Shown: positions 50,904 to 60,911, counted from the first letter of the stretch. The stretch: 64,000 bases of DNA from an uncultured Thermoplasmata archaeon (GCA_963768855.1 CAVYJM010000006.1:96001-160000), one strand, 5' to 3'. Numbers and translations are program-made. Notes: a model not told the origin generated them from the letters alone.

Positions 50904-51797
50904 CTACTTCGGCTTCACGCGGTTCAGGTAGATCCCCGCGAGGACCGCGGCCGCCCCGAGGACCAAGGTCACCGTCAGGTGCTCCCCGAGCAGCAGGATG
51001 CCCATCCCGGACGCGAGGACCGGAACGGTGAGCTGGACGACCCCTCCCTGGGACGCGCGGATCCGCCGCAGGGTCGCGTTCCATAGGATGTAGCTCAGGG
51101 CCGTGCTGACCATGCCCATGAACAGGGCGAGCCCCAGGCCGTCCCATGTGAACGCGATCGAGAGGGCGTCCGGGGCCGTGACCCAGAGGATCGGAGCCAG
51201 GGCCAGGGAGAACGCGCCGACGACGAGGAACGTGGAGAACGTGTATCCCTGGGAATCGCGCGCGCCTCGGCCGTGGACGGAGTAGAGGCCCCATGAGGTC
51301 CCCGTGGCGGCCATCAGGGCCACCCCGGGAAGGGTCACATCCCGGATTCCGCCGAAGGTGATGATCCCCACCCCGAGGACGGCGAGGGCGGGTCCCGCAA
51401 CGGCCCGCGGCGTCGGCCGGTCTCCATCGTGCGCAACGCCAAAGAGGGCCATCGTCAACACGACGAACGCGTAGAACACGAGGGTGCCCGCCGCGGCGGG
51501 GATGAAGGCGTAGCCGAAGGAGATCGCGAACGCATAGGCGCCGAGGTAGACGCCTCCGAGGAGGTCGCGGCGGGAGCCGACCCGGAGCGCTCTCCCGCCC
51601 GGCACGGCCGCCCTCACGAGGAGGAGCATCGCGAACCCGCTCGCGAAGCGCACCGTGGTCAGGAGGTAGGGCGTCGCGAGGCCTCCGACGATCAGGTGGC
51701 GGGTGATCACGCTGTTCCCCGCGAAGCAGAGCATGATGAACGCGATCGCGAGCGGGATCTCCCACCGTTGGGCTGCCTGCCTGGGCGCCGCGGGCAT
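50904..51797 (-). CDS. DMT/EamA family transporter
   Basis: Ten TM segments in two repeats (TTVRFASG...; YILWNATLRRI...VQLTVPVLA). Confidence 0.88.
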   Translation of the reverse strand: MPAAPRQAAQRWEIPLAIAFIMLCFAGNSVITRHLIVGGLATPYLLTTVRFASGFAMLLLVRAAVPGGRALRVGSRRDLLGGVYLGAYAFAISFGYAFIPAAAGTLVFYAFVVLTMALFGVAHDGDRPTPRAVAGPALAVLGVGIITFGGIRDVTLPGVALMAATGTSWGLYSVHGRGARDSQGYTFSTFLVVGAFSLALAPILWVTAPDALSIAFTWDGLGLALFMGMVSTALSYILWNATLRRIRASQGGVVQLTVPVLASGMGILLLGEHLTVTLVLGAAAVLAGIYLNRVKPK

Positions 51798-51938
51798 TCG
51801 GCGCCCCGAATCGTGCCGAGCGGATAAGGGTGCGGAGGCCGCACGGGGACGGGGCTCCGCGCACTCGCCCTACCGCGGGTATTAAGTGCGGCGACTCGCT
51901 AGGTAGACCCGGAGAGGATCTCAGGCGGTCCATGGAGC

Positions 51939-52934
51939 ATGGGGATGCCTGGCGCAACGGACTCTCGGTCCACGGCCGAGGAGGAACGCGTCTGCCCGGA
52001 GTGCGGCAGCTCTCACCTCGTCCGGGACTACGACCGCGGTGAAGTGGTCTGCGTTGCCTGCGGCCTCGTCCTCACCGATCGCGCGATCGACCAGGGTCCT
52101 GAATGGGTCGCTTACTCCATGGAAGAGGCGGAGCGGCTCGCGCGCACGGGACCGCCGCGGAAAGCCCTGACGGGGGCCTCGGGCCTGACGACCGTCGTCC
52201 CGTACCCGACCCGGGACATCCGGGGCCACCAGATCCCGGAGCAGGCCCGGAAGATGTTCTACCGCCTGCGGAGGCTCCAAGTGACCTCCGCACAGTATGC
52301 GCGCGGGGAACGGAGCTCTGCGGCGATGGCACGCGCGCTGGACCGGATCGTCTCCCAACTGGGCCTCCCGGATTCCGTGAAGGATGAGGCGGGCCTCATC
52401 TGCCGGAGGGCGATTGAGAGCGGGGTCATGCGGGGTCGCTCCATGTCGGCCGTGGTTGCCGCTGCCGTGTACGCGGCCTGCCGTGTCGACGGTGTCCCGC
52501 GCACCTTGGGCGAGATCGAGCGCGTGACGGGGATCGAGAGGAAGACGATCGCCCGGCACTATCGGGACCTCGTCCGGGCCCGGGCCGTCCGGTCCGTGCC
52601 GCTCCCGCGCCCTCAGGACTACGTAGGCCGCTTCTGCGCCGAACTCAAGCTGAGCAGTCGGACGCAGCTCGAGACCATGCGCATCCTCAAGGATTGGGAC
52701 CGGACCGGGATCTCGAGGTCCTTGTCGCCCGTCGGGACGGCCGCGACGGCGATCTACCTGGCGGCCGGGTCCTGCGGCGAGCGCAGGCGCCAGAACGAAA
52801 TCGCCAAGGTCAGCGGCGTGACGGAGGTGACGCTCCGGAGTCGCTTGGCCATCGCGAGGGGCTCCACGAAGCGGTTCGCCGGGGCTAGCGGACATGCGCC
52901 GAACCCCCGCATGTGGGCGCCTCTCTCCCTGTGA
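51939..52934 (+). CDS. tfb: Archaeal transcription initiation factor IIB (TFB), somewhat divergent
   Basis: Zn ribbon CPECGS...GEVVCVACG, IDQGPEW, two cyclin repeats and the final HTH GVTEVTLRSR; TATTAA at 51880-51885. Confidence 0.93.
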   Translation: MGMPGATDSRSTAEEERVCPECGSSHLVRDYDRGEVVCVACGLVLTDRAIDQGPEWVAYSMEEAERLARTGPPRKALTGASGLTTVVPYPTRDIRGHQIPEQARKMFYRLRRLQVTSAQYARGERSSAAMARALDRIVSQLGLPDSVKDEAGLICRRAIESGVMRGRSMSAVVAAAVYAACRVDGVPRTLGEIERVTGIERKTIARHYRDLVRARAVRSVPLPRPQDYVGRFCAELKLSSRTQLETMRILKDWDRTGISRSLSPVGTAATAIYLAAGSCGERRRQNEIAKVSGVTEVTLRSRLAIARGSTKRFAGASGHAPNPRMWAPLSL

Positions 52935-53071
52935 ACGAGGCGGAATGCCGCATCGTCATCTCCTCATCATGCAGGCGGCCTTCCTCCTTCGAGGGCCACC
53001 CGCGCGGGACGGCGACGGCACCGACCTGAGCGGTCGGTGCCTCGGAAAGACCGTTGCGCGGCTGACCCAAC

Positions 53072-53078
53072 TATATAA
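53072..53078 (+). promoter_or_regulatory. Archaeal TATA box upstream of tbp
   Basis: TATATAA stands out in very GC-rich DNA; similar boxes at 53753 (CTTATAA, before rpl35ae) and 63747 (CTTAAA, before rpl40e). Confidence 0.6.
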
Positions 53079-53147
53079 GGCTCCATTTGGCTTCCCTCCC
53101 AGCCGAGCGCCCTGGCGCGGACGCTTTCGACCCTCGGCGGTGCTTCC

Positions 53148-53696
53148 TTGGCCAAATACCGGATCGAGAACGTCGTCGCATCGACCTCCCTCGGGGAGGA
53201 GCTCGACCTCAAGGCGATCGCTCACGTCCTTGGCGGGGCGGAGTACGAGCCGGAACAGTTCCCCGGCCTCATCTACCGCATCAAGGACCCGAAGACCGCG
53301 ACCCTGCTCTTCCGCAGCGGCAAGGTCGTGTGCACTGGGGCGAAGAGCCTCGAGCACGTGAAGATCGCGATCGACCTCGTGTCGAAGCAGATCCAGGCCG
53401 CGGGCATAACCGTGAAGAAGAACCCGGAGATCGAGGTCCAGAACATCGTCGCCACGTCGGACCTCGGCGCGCAGATCGACTTGAACGCGGTCGCGATCAC
53501 TCTGGGCCTCGGTCAGGTCGAGTACGAACCGGAGCAGTTCCCCGGCCTCGTCTACCGCATCGAGAAGCCCGCGGTCGTCCTTCTCCTATTCGGCAGCGGG
53601 AAGCTCGTCTGCACGGGCGCCCGCAAGCCCTCCGATGTGGACGAGGCCGTCGAGAAGGTCACGGCCGAGCTCCGGGCCAACGGGCTCCTGCACTGA
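53148..53696 (+). CDS. tbp: TATA-box-binding protein
   Basis: Two repeats: IENVVAS...YEPEQFPGLIYR...LLFRSGKVVCTGAKS and VQNIVAT...YEPEQFPGLVYR...LLFGSGKLVCTGARK. Confidence 0.98.
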   Translation: MAKYRIENVVASTSLGEELDLKAIAHVLGGAEYEPEQFPGLIYRIKDPKTATLLFRSGKVVCTGAKSLEHVKIAIDLVSKQIQAAGITVKKNPEIEVQNIVATSDLGAQIDLNAVAITLGLGQVEYEPEQFPGLVYRIEKPAVVLLLFGSGKLVCTGARKPSDVDEAVEKVTAELRANGLLH

Positions 53697-53784
53697 GCCA
53701 TGTTACGGATGCGGGGATGCAGGAAGGCGTCCCTTGCTTCGCATGCGAAGCCCTTATAACGCAGGGGACCGTGGCACCGCGCGT

Positions 53785-54051
53785 ATGGCGAAGGCCGAGG
53801 TAACCGGAACGGTCGTGGCGTTCCGCCAGAGCAAATTCAAGCAGGACAGCTACCAGACCGTCGTGGACCTCGCCCAGCCGGATCAGGCGGAGAAGCTCCT
53901 CGGAGCCCGGGTCGTCTGGGCCCGCGCGGACGGCCTCAAGATCCTGGGCCGCGTCGTCGCACGCCACGGCCGGAGAGGAGCGGTCCGGGTCCGGTGGGAC
54001 CGCGGATTCCCGTCCCAGGCGTTGGGCACCCAGGTCAAGTTCGTCCCGTGA
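53785..54051 (+). CDS. rpl35ae: 50S ribosomal protein L35Ae
   Basis: GTVVAFRQSK...LLGARVVW...GRVVARHGRRGAVRVRWDRGFPSQALG; TATA box ~26-32 nt upstream. Confidence 0.88.
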   Translation: MAKAEVTGTVVAFRQSKFKQDSYQTVVDLAQPDQAEKLLGARVVWARADGLKILGRVVARHGRRGAVRVRWDRGFPSQALGTQVKFVP

Positions 54052-54204
54052 CGGGACGAGATCGCCGACCGGCTCGCAGGTCGCCTTGCGCCTGCATCTC
54101 GCGTTCGTCCCGAATCCATCGTGGCTTCAGCTTTATGTCTTTGAGCGCTGTTCTCCGGCGGTGGAGAGGCGGTCCAACGGGAGCGCCTCACGGGAGAGAG
54201 GACG

Positions 54205-54564
54205 GTGAAGGAAACTTCGAAAGGCACGGGAGGGGGACTGCCGCCGGGCCAGAAGGCGCACCTCGCCTCCCTCGTTTCGTACCAGGAGGGCTCGGTGGTG
54301 AGCCGCACGCTCCTCGAGGACAAGGCCGGCACGGTCACCCTGTTCGCCTTCGACGCGGGCCAGGGGCTGAGCGAGCACACGGCTCCCTACGACGCCCTGC
54401 TGCAGCTCCTCGAGGGCGAGGCAGAGGTCACGGTCGCGGGGAACGAGAGCCGTCTCGAGGCCGGCGAGGCGATCCTCCTTCCTGCGGGGAAACCGCATGC
54501 CGTGCGGGCCTCCGCGCGGTTCAAAATGCTCCTCACGATGATTCGTTCCGCCCGCAAGGCGTGA
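54205..54564 (+). CDS. Cupin domain protein
   Basis: SLVSYQEGSVVSRTL...TLFAFDAGQGLSEHTAPYDALLQLLEG...PAGKPHAVRA. Confidence 0.9.
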   Translation: MKETSKGTGGGLPPGQKAHLASLVSYQEGSVVSRTLLEDKAGTVTLFAFDAGQGLSEHTAPYDALLQLLEGEAEVTVAGNESRLEAGEAILLPAGKPHAVRASARFKMLLTMIRSARKA

Positions 54565-54601
54565 TCCCGGCGGCTTGAAGCAAGAGCGGGCTGGCGGGCA
54601 G

Positions 54602-55549
54602 CTAGCCGAGCCATTGAGGAAAGGCGTGGGTCGAGTCGAAGTCGCGCGTCGTCTTGTAGCGTTCGAACCGTCCGGCCCGCGCGGCCTCCGCGGTCCTCGC
54701 CAGGAGGGCCTCGACTTCATTTGGCGTCATGGGCCGGAACCCCCGTGCGGCGGTCAGCGCCTGCTCCAGGATTCGCATCGAGTCGCATCCCGTGATCACG
54801 ACGCTCGTCGGGAGGCTCAGCGCATAGCGCAGGCATTCGGTTGGGGTCGCCGCCTTGCTCTCCAGGACCTGGCCGTCCCCGATCGGCTTCATCCCGAGCA
54901 CGCCGATGTTCTCCTTCACCAAGACCGGCAGGACGCGCTTCTCGAAGCTCTCGAAGTGCGCGTCCAGTACGTTCAGCGGCATCTGGACCGTGTCGAAGCG
55001 GAAGCCATGCGCCGCGGCGACCTCGAGCATCTTCAGGTGGACGTCGGGGCTCTTGTGACCCGTGAAGCCGATGTACCGGACCTTCCCCGCGTCCTTCGCC
55101 TCGAGGGCCCCCTCGATCGCGCCGCCCTGGCCGAAGATGCGCTCCGGATCCCCCATCCGGATGATCTCATGGAACTGGAGCAGGTCGAGGTGGTCCGTCT
55201 CGAGCCGCTGAAGGCACTCCTCGATCTGCTGCGCCGCTGACTCCTTCGTCTGCCCGTCGATCTTGGTCATCAGGAAAGCCCGTTCGCGGTAGCCATCCCG
55301 GAGCGCCTTCCCCATCCGGACCTCGCTCCGCCCCTCGTTGTAGTCCCAGCAGTTGTCCAGGAAGTTGATCCCCTCGTCGATCGCCCGCCGGACGATGCGG
55401 ACGGCGTCCGACTCGGGGAGATCCGGCCTGCCGAGGTGCCACCCGCCCAGCCCGATCGCGGACACTCGCTCCCCCGTGCGGCCGAGCGTGCGGGAGGGGA
55501 TCTGTCCCTCGGTCGTTTCCCCGCGCGCAGACGATCGGATGTCCATCAT
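54602..55549 (-). CDS. Aldo/keto reductase
   Basis: RTLGRTGERVSAIGLGG, NFLDNCWDYNEGRSE, DHLDLLQFH and RYIGFTGHK motifs. Confidence 0.92.
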   Translation of the reverse strand: MMDIRSSARGETTEGQIPSRTLGRTGERVSAIGLGGWHLGRPDLPESDAVRIVRRAIDEGINFLDNCWDYNEGRSEVRMGKALRDGYRERAFLMTKIDGQTKESAAQQIEECLQRLETDHLDLLQFHEIIRMGDPERIFGQGGAIEGALEAKDAGKVRYIGFTGHKSPDVHLKMLEVAAAHGFRFDTVQMPLNVLDAHFESFEKRVLPVLVKENIGVLGMKPIGDGQVLESKAATPTECLRYALSLPTSVVITGCDSMRILEQALTAARGFRPMTPNEVEALLARTAEAARAGRFERYKTTRDFDSTHAFPQWLG

Positions 55550-55649
55550 GATCGATGCGCCTCCGGATTGCCGAGAGCCCGGATGCCACCGCCGAGCTTC
55601 CTTCTTTGGTCTTCTCCCCCTCGCGCCCTCGGGGGCCGTTACCGTCCCC

Positions 55650-56069
55650 TCACTTCCGGGATCGCCGGGGAGCCCGGATTTGCTCCATCAGATCCTCGAC
55701 GTGACTTGCGGCCCACCGCTCGACGATCTTGCCCCGGCGAATCCGCCAGATCACGATCCCGCTCATCCGGACCTTCTTGCCGGTCGCCGGGATTCCGCGG
55801 TACGTCCCCTCGTGCGTGCCGTACCCAGTCACTCGGGCCACGACCTTGTCCCCTTCCGCGATGAGCTCGTCCACCCTGTGATATCCCGGAAGGGCGGCGA
55901 GCGAGGAGAGGAACGACTGTTTCAGTCCCTCTCGGTCGGGGGATTGGCCGGGAGACGCATCATGGTCGACGAACGCGGGAGAGACGTACCGTTCCAGGAC
56001 ACTCACATCTCCCGTGTCGATCGCCTTGAAGTATCGGCGAATCAGGGCTTTGTTCGACTTCGTGGACAT
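55650..56069 (-). CDS. Ester cyclase / SnoaL-like polyketide cyclase family protein
   Basis: NKALIRRYF...LIAEGDKVVAR..GTHEGTYRGIPATGKKV...GKIVERW. Confidence 0.88.
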   Translation of the reverse strand: MSTKSNKALIRRYFKAIDTGDVSVLERYVSPAFVDHDASPGQSPDREGLKQSFLSSLAALPGYHRVDELIAEGDKVVARVTGYGTHEGTYRGIPATGKKVRMSGIVIWRIRRGKIVERWAASHVEDLMEQIRAPRRSRK

Positions 56070-56267
56070 CCGAATTCCTCCGCGTGGCGTGCCAGGGAGC
56101 GCCGGTGAGCGGATAACGCGCGTGCCCGGATAGTCCTTCTCCGGCTTCCCCCGGGAAGACGGTCCATGATCATCCTCGGATTCACGAGAGCGGGGCACGC
56201 CCGAGCGGAGACGTGTTCCGTCCACGCCGGCGTCAAGTATAAGTCTCGCCGGCGGACGTCAAGAACC

Positions 56268-56624
56268 ATGGAATTCGACCGCTTCTCCGTCGTGCTGCTG
56301 CTCCTGCGCGACGACGCCCCCAAGCTCGACGATGCCGCGCTGGACGCATTGCAGGACGCGCATCTGGCCCATCTCGCGAAGCTCCATGAAGCCGGGGTCC
56401 TCGTGGCGGCCGGCCCCACCGTGGGCCCATCGGACCGGAGGCTTCGTGGGTTCAGCCTTCTCAATGTCGATGCGGAGAAGGCCCGCGCGCTCCAAGACGA
56501 GGACCCGGCGGTCCGTGCCGGTCGGTTCGCGTTCGAAGTCCACACGTGGATGGTCCCCCGCGGCGCGATGCATTTCTCGCCCGCCCGATTCCCCCATTCC
56601 GCGGCCGAGGCGGCGGGCCCTTGA
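56268..56624 (+). CDS. YCII-related domain protein
   Basis: AHLAHLAKL...LVAAGP...EDPAVRAGRF. Confidence 0.82.
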   Translation: MEFDRFSVVLLLLRDDAPKLDDAALDALQDAHLAHLAKLHEAGVLVAAGPTVGPSDRRLRGFSLLNVDAEKARALQDEDPAVRAGRFAFEVHTWMVPRGAMHFSPARFPHSAAEAAGP

Positions 56625-56715
56625 TCGGGCCCATTCGACGCGGGTCCTCCGTGCCCGCAGCCGCCAAGTACCCGGACCATTCTCGAACGGGGACGGAAAC
56701 GGAGAGGCGGATGCC

Positions 56716-57282
56716 ATGGCCGAGATGAACCGGGTCTCGAGGTTCTTCGTGAACACGTTCAACGCGCGGCGGAACGCGCGCCTCTACGGCTGGCTGATGC
56801 GCAACGCGTCCCTCCCCGCCGGAGCGGAGTGCCTGGAGATCGGATGCGGGAACGGGGACATGGCGGCGCGGGTGGTGGACAGCCTGACGCCCGCGAGGTA
56901 CGTGGCCACGGACCTCGACCCGCATCAGCTCGAATCGGCGAAGCGGCATCTTGCGACCCGCTATCCGCAGGGGATCCCGCCCGCCCTGGAGCTGCGCGCC
57001 GCGGACATGCTCCACCTCCCCTTCGCCGACGGGTCCTTCGACGCGGTCCTCGCCTTCGTGGCGATCCACCACGCGAGCCCGAACCACCACGACCCCGCGA
57101 ACGTGCCGGACGCCCTCGCGGAAATCCATCGGGTCTTGCGGCCGAAGGGCGTCCTGGCCTACGAGGAGATCCTGCACAAGGACCGTATCCGGGCGTGGCT
57201 CGTCGACCGAGGATACGTCCTTTCCGGCGTCGAGCGCGGGTGGAAGCGAGAGTCGGTCGTGGCCACGAAGAAAGCCCCCTAG
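56716..57282 (+). CDS. Class I SAM-dependent methyltransferase
   Basis: CLEIGCGNG, ATDLDP, ADMLHLPFADGSFDAV and EIHRVLRPKG motifs. Confidence 0.9.
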   Translation: MAEMNRVSRFFVNTFNARRNARLYGWLMRNASLPAGAECLEIGCGNGDMAARVVDSLTPARYVATDLDPHQLESAKRHLATRYPQGIPPALELRAADMLHLPFADGSFDAVLAFVAIHHASPNHHDPANVPDALAEIHRVLRPKGVLAYEEILHKDRIRAWLVDRGYVLSGVERGWKRESVVATKKAP

Positions 57283-57485
57283 CACGGTCGGGACCGTCCT
57301 CGTCTCTCGCAACGGATCGGACGGACCGCCTCCCGATGCATTCAGGTGCGACTCGCAGTCCCGAGCAGGTTCCTCGTTCCTGCGCGGACCGCTTGAATCT
57401 GGGTGCAATAGGGGCATACGATTAACTAGCGTCGCGCGGGGATGGGGCGCCCGGAAGAAAGGTCTCGGATGCGAGGCGGGTTTCC

Positions 57486-58553
57486 ATGTCGGTCCACCTG
57501 AGAAAGGCGAGTCGTGTCGTGTTTGCACTGGCGGCCGTTGCGTTCCTCTTGTCGTTGGCCCCGGCCGCCGCGGCGGCGTCCCCGAACATGTACTCGGTCA
57601 CACCCCTCGTCTCGAACAACGGGGTGCCGGGGACGACCGTCGACGTCAACCTGACGAATGGGTGGGGCCTCGTCGCGGGGCCTACGACCCCGTGGTGGGT
57701 CTCTGATAACGGAGCGAATCTGTCGACGCTCTACACCGCTGCAGGCGCGAAGGTCGCGCTCCAGGTCGGAGTGGCCGGAGCGCCGACCGGCGTCGTCTTC
57801 AACGGCGAACCGGGGAGCTTCCCCGTCGGCGCGACGAACGTGACCGGACGATTCATCTTCGCGACGGAGAGCGGCACGATCGCCGGCTGGACGCCGGGCT
57901 TGACCTCCGCCGAGGTCAGGGTCAACTCGTCCGCCGCGGGCGCGATCTACAAGGGGCTCGCGATCATCTCGACCGCGACCGGAGGGCAGCTCTACGCGAC
58001 GGACTTCCACAACGGCCGCGTCGACGTCTTCAACCGCACCTGGAAGGCCGTGCAGACCCCGGGTGGCTTCATGGATCCGATGTTGCCCGCCGGCTACGCG
58101 CCGTTCGGCATCCAGACGATCGGCACACGGATCTTCGTCACCTTCGCGAAGCAGGGCGAGGGCGCGGACGAGCTCCACGGCCAGGGACTCGGCTTCGTCG
58201 ACGCGTTCGACGCGGCCGGGAACCTGCTCGTGCGCGTCGCGCAGCGCGGGATGCTGAACGCCCCCTGGGGCCTGGCATGGGCCCCTGCGAGCTTCGGCGT
58301 CTTCGGCGGCGACCTCCTCGTCGGCAACTTCGGCGACGGCCACGTCAACGCGTACCAGGAGCTGGCGAACGGCCGGTTCGTCTACCGCGGGGCCCTCCAG
58401 TTGGGGAACGGGCAGATGATCGCCATCGACGGGCTCTGGGCCCTCCAGTTCGGGCACGATTCCGCGAACAACGGGCCGTCGACCACGTTGTTCTTCACCG
58501 CGGGCCCGAACGACGAGGCGGACGGGCTCTTCGGCACGATCACGGCCGGATGA
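57486..58553 (+). CDS. TIGR03118 family secreted beta-propeller-like protein
   Basis: Signal peptide; NGWGL...WWVSDNG, PTGVVFN, FIFATESGTIAGW, YKGLAI, PAGYAPFGIQ, LNAPWG, LLVGNFGDG and LFFTAGP motifs. Confidence 0.88.
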   Translation: MSVHLRKASRVVFALAAVAFLLSLAPAAAAASPNMYSVTPLVSNNGVPGTTVDVNLTNGWGLVAGPTTPWWVSDNGANLSTLYTAAGAKVALQVGVAGAPTGVVFNGEPGSFPVGATNVTGRFIFATESGTIAGWTPGLTSAEVRVNSSAAGAIYKGLAIISTATGGQLYATDFHNGRVDVFNRTWKAVQTPGGFMDPMLPAGYAPFGIQTIGTRIFVTFAKQGEGADELHGQGLGFVDAFDAAGNLLVRVAQRGMLNAPWGLAWAPASFGVFGGDLLVGNFGDGHVNAYQELANGRFVYRGALQLGNGQMIAIDGLWALQFGHDSANNGPSTTLFFTAGPNDEADGLFGTITAG

Positions 58554-58612
58554 GCCGGAGGAGATCACCCATCCGGAGGATTCCCTCGACTCGTCGAAAC
58601 GTCGCGGACCGC

Positions 58613-58987
58613 CTACGGCCGGGCGGTCCGCTTTTTCGCTTTCGCCTTCTTCGGGGGCATGGCGGCCACCCACTCGACGGACCGCTCCACCCAGCCGCGG
58701 ACCTTCTCCGGGTCGTTCATCCAGGCTCTCGGCACCGTCGCGTATCCGGCCATGGCGTGGCCCCTGACGGGCTCGAACGGCCCTCCCCCGGGTTCCTTTA
58801 GGAGGCCCTGAAGCTCCGGATCCGGGAGGCGAAGGAACATTCGGTCCCCGAGGGCGCCCGCGAACATGTTCCCGTCCACGAAGCTCCCGAGTCCGCCGAA
58901 CATGGACTTCGTCCGGATCCGTTCATCCTCCGGGAGGACGGCCTCATAGAATCGCCGGGTCGCCGCTTCGAGCCGGGGGAGTTTCAC
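58613..58987 (-). CDS. TfoX/Sxy N-terminal domain family protein
   Basis: TKSMFGGLGSFVDGNMFAG...PFEPVRGHAMAGY. Confidence 0.85.
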   Translation of the reverse strand: MKLPRLEAATRRFYEAVLPEDERIRTKSMFGGLGSFVDGNMFAGALGDRMFLRLPDPELQGLLKEPGGGPFEPVRGHAMAGYATVPRAWMNDPEKVRGWVERSVEWVAAMPPKKAKAKKRTARP

Positions 58988-59072
58988 GCTCCAAGGAATC
59001 GGACGCGCGGACGTAAGGGTTGCGCCGGAGCCGACCGGGAAGGCGATCGCGGGCTTCCGGCCACAAGTTCAT

Positions 59073-59090
59073 ATATCGCTTATCCGATAT
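59073..59090. promoter_or_regulatory. Candidate PadR operator (ATATCG-N6-CGATAT) overlapping the promoter
   Basis: Perfect inverted repeat ~25 nt upstream of the PadR ATG, in an AT-rich patch. Confidence 0.45.
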
Positions 59091-59114
59091 CGAATAATCG
59101 ATACGAGGCAGAGC

Positions 59115-59546
59115 ATGTTTGGTGTGCACCGGCGGCGGGGGCTCCGGATGTGGGCCCTCTCCATTGTCGCCCGCGGCCCGAAGAACGGGGCGGAGATCAT
59201 GAACGCGATCGAGGAGATGAGTCAGGGCTGGTGGCGCCCCTCGCCCGGCTCGATCTACCCGCTCCTCGACTCCCTCGTCCAGGAAGGCCTCGTCCGGAAG
59301 CGCGCGGACGGACGCTACGAGCTCTCCGCGCAGGGTCGACAGGCCATGGAGATGCCTTGGGGCCCGTGGGGTCCGTGGGGCATGCGCGGGCCGCAGCCGC
59401 CCGGCGTCGAGGGCGTGCTCGGCGAACTGAACGGATACGTCTCCTACCTGGAGGACGTGAACCGCAGCGACCGGCCCGGCATCGACCGGAACCGGGATCG
59501 CATCAAGGACCTCGCGGACCGGCTGTCCGCGTTGCTCAGCCCATAA
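59115..59546 (+). CDS. PadR family transcriptional regulator
   Basis: GPKNGAEIMNAIEEMSQGWWRPSPGSIYPLLDSLVQEGLV...YELS. Confidence 0.92.
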   Translation: MFGVHRRRGLRMWALSIVARGPKNGAEIMNAIEEMSQGWWRPSPGSIYPLLDSLVQEGLVRKRADGRYELSAQGRQAMEMPWGPWGPWGMRGPQPPGVEGVLGELNGYVSYLEDVNRSDRPGIDRNRDRIKDLADRLSALLSP

Positions 59547-59558
59547 CGGAGGCAACCC

Positions 59559-59951
59559 ATGTACAATGAACCTCGGCGGAACGCGCGGCACTGGATCGGT
59601 CTCGGATTCCTCGTGATCTTCGCGGTGTTCGTGGCGGCGATGATCTACTTCATGCTCTTCGTCTTCCCGAACACCGCGCCGGCGGGATACTATCCGATGA
59701 TGCCGTTCGGCTTCGGGTGGATCTGGCTCTTCTTCGGGTTCTTCCTGTTCTTCGGCCTCCTGCGGTGGCTGTTCTTCCCGTGGCACTGGGGCGGGTACTA
59801 CCGCCGCTACGGCTACGGGTACGGCTACGGCCGCGGGGATGATGCGACCCTCATCCTGCGGGAGCGCTACGCCCGCGGGGAGATCACGAAGGACCAGTAC
59901 GACGCGATGATGCGGGACCTCTCCCAACAGCAGGCACCGCCCCGCCCGTGA
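59559..59951 (+). CDS. Membrane protein with a C-terminal SHOCT domain
   Basis: Two TM helices, YG repeats and ILRERYARGEITKDQY. Confidence 0.88.
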   Translation: MYNEPRRNARHWIGLGFLVIFAVFVAAMIYFMLFVFPNTAPAGYYPMMPFGFGWIWLFFGFFLFFGLLRWLFFPWHWGGYYRRYGYGYGYGRGDDATLILRERYARGEITKDQYDAMMRDLSQQQAPPRP

Positions 59952-59970
59952 TTCGAAGGCCGGTCGTCCC

Positions 59971-60911
59971 ATGGCAGAGGATCCCATCGCAGTCCACGAC
60001 CTCGGCAAGGACTACGGTAAGTTCACGGCCCTGAACGGGCTCCAGCTGACAATCCCGAAGGGCACGTGCTTCGGATACCTCGGGCCGAACGGCGCGGGCA
60101 AGAGCACAACGATCAAGATCCTGACGAACCTGATCCGTCCTTCGCGGGGTCACGCGGAGCTCTTCGGGATCGACGTGCAGCGCCGCCCGCGGGAGGCGCT
60201 TCAGCGAGTCGGCGCGGTCATCGAGACGCCCGAGTTCTACGGCTATCTCAGTCCGCGGGAGACCCTCGCCTACGCGGGGCGGCTGCGCGGCATGGCCCGC
60301 TCGGACCTCGGCGCGCGCTCGGAGGAGGTCCTGAAGACGGTCAAGCTCGCGGACTGGACCGACGAGCGGATCGAGACGTTCTCGAAGGGGATGAAGCAGC
60401 GCCTCGCGATCGCGCAGGCGCTCCTCCATGAGCCCGACCTCCTGATCCTCGACGAGCCCACCTCGGGTCTGGACCCGCGCGGCATGGCCGAGGTCCGGGA
60501 CATCGTGAAGGACCTCAAGCGTGGCGGCCACACGATCTTCATGAGCTCCCACCTCCTCGCGGAGGTCCAGGAGGTCTGCGACGCCGCCGCCCTGATCGAC
60601 AAGGGCAAGCTCGTCCTGCAAGGCAACCTCGCGGACCTCTCCGCGCGCGCGGAGGCGAGCGCCTTCCGGCCACGTTCCTCACTGCGCCCACCGCGGACGA
60701 CGTCGCGTTCATGCAGGGCCTCCCCGGCGTCCGGGGCGTCGTCGCCTCTGGGAACGGCGGCGTCGAGCTCCGCGTCCACGGAGGCCCGGACGTCCAGGCG
60801 ACGATCCTGAAGGCCCTCGTGTCCCGCGGCCTCCCGGTGACCTCGTTCCGCCTCGTCGGCACCGCGCTCGAGCAGCTCTACCTCGAGAACATCCGGGAGA
60901 CGAGCCAATGA
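59971..60911 (+). CDS. ABC transporter ATP-binding protein; frameshift near 60680
   Basis: GPNGAGKST, FSKGMKQRL and ILDEPTSGLDP motifs; C-terminus in ORF 60711..60911. Confidence 0.92.

Noticed and set aside
52956-53357. ORF MLEALRPSAHDLAAAEEQGRG... opposite tbp
   Set aside because: Antisense shadow of the conserved TBP repeat.
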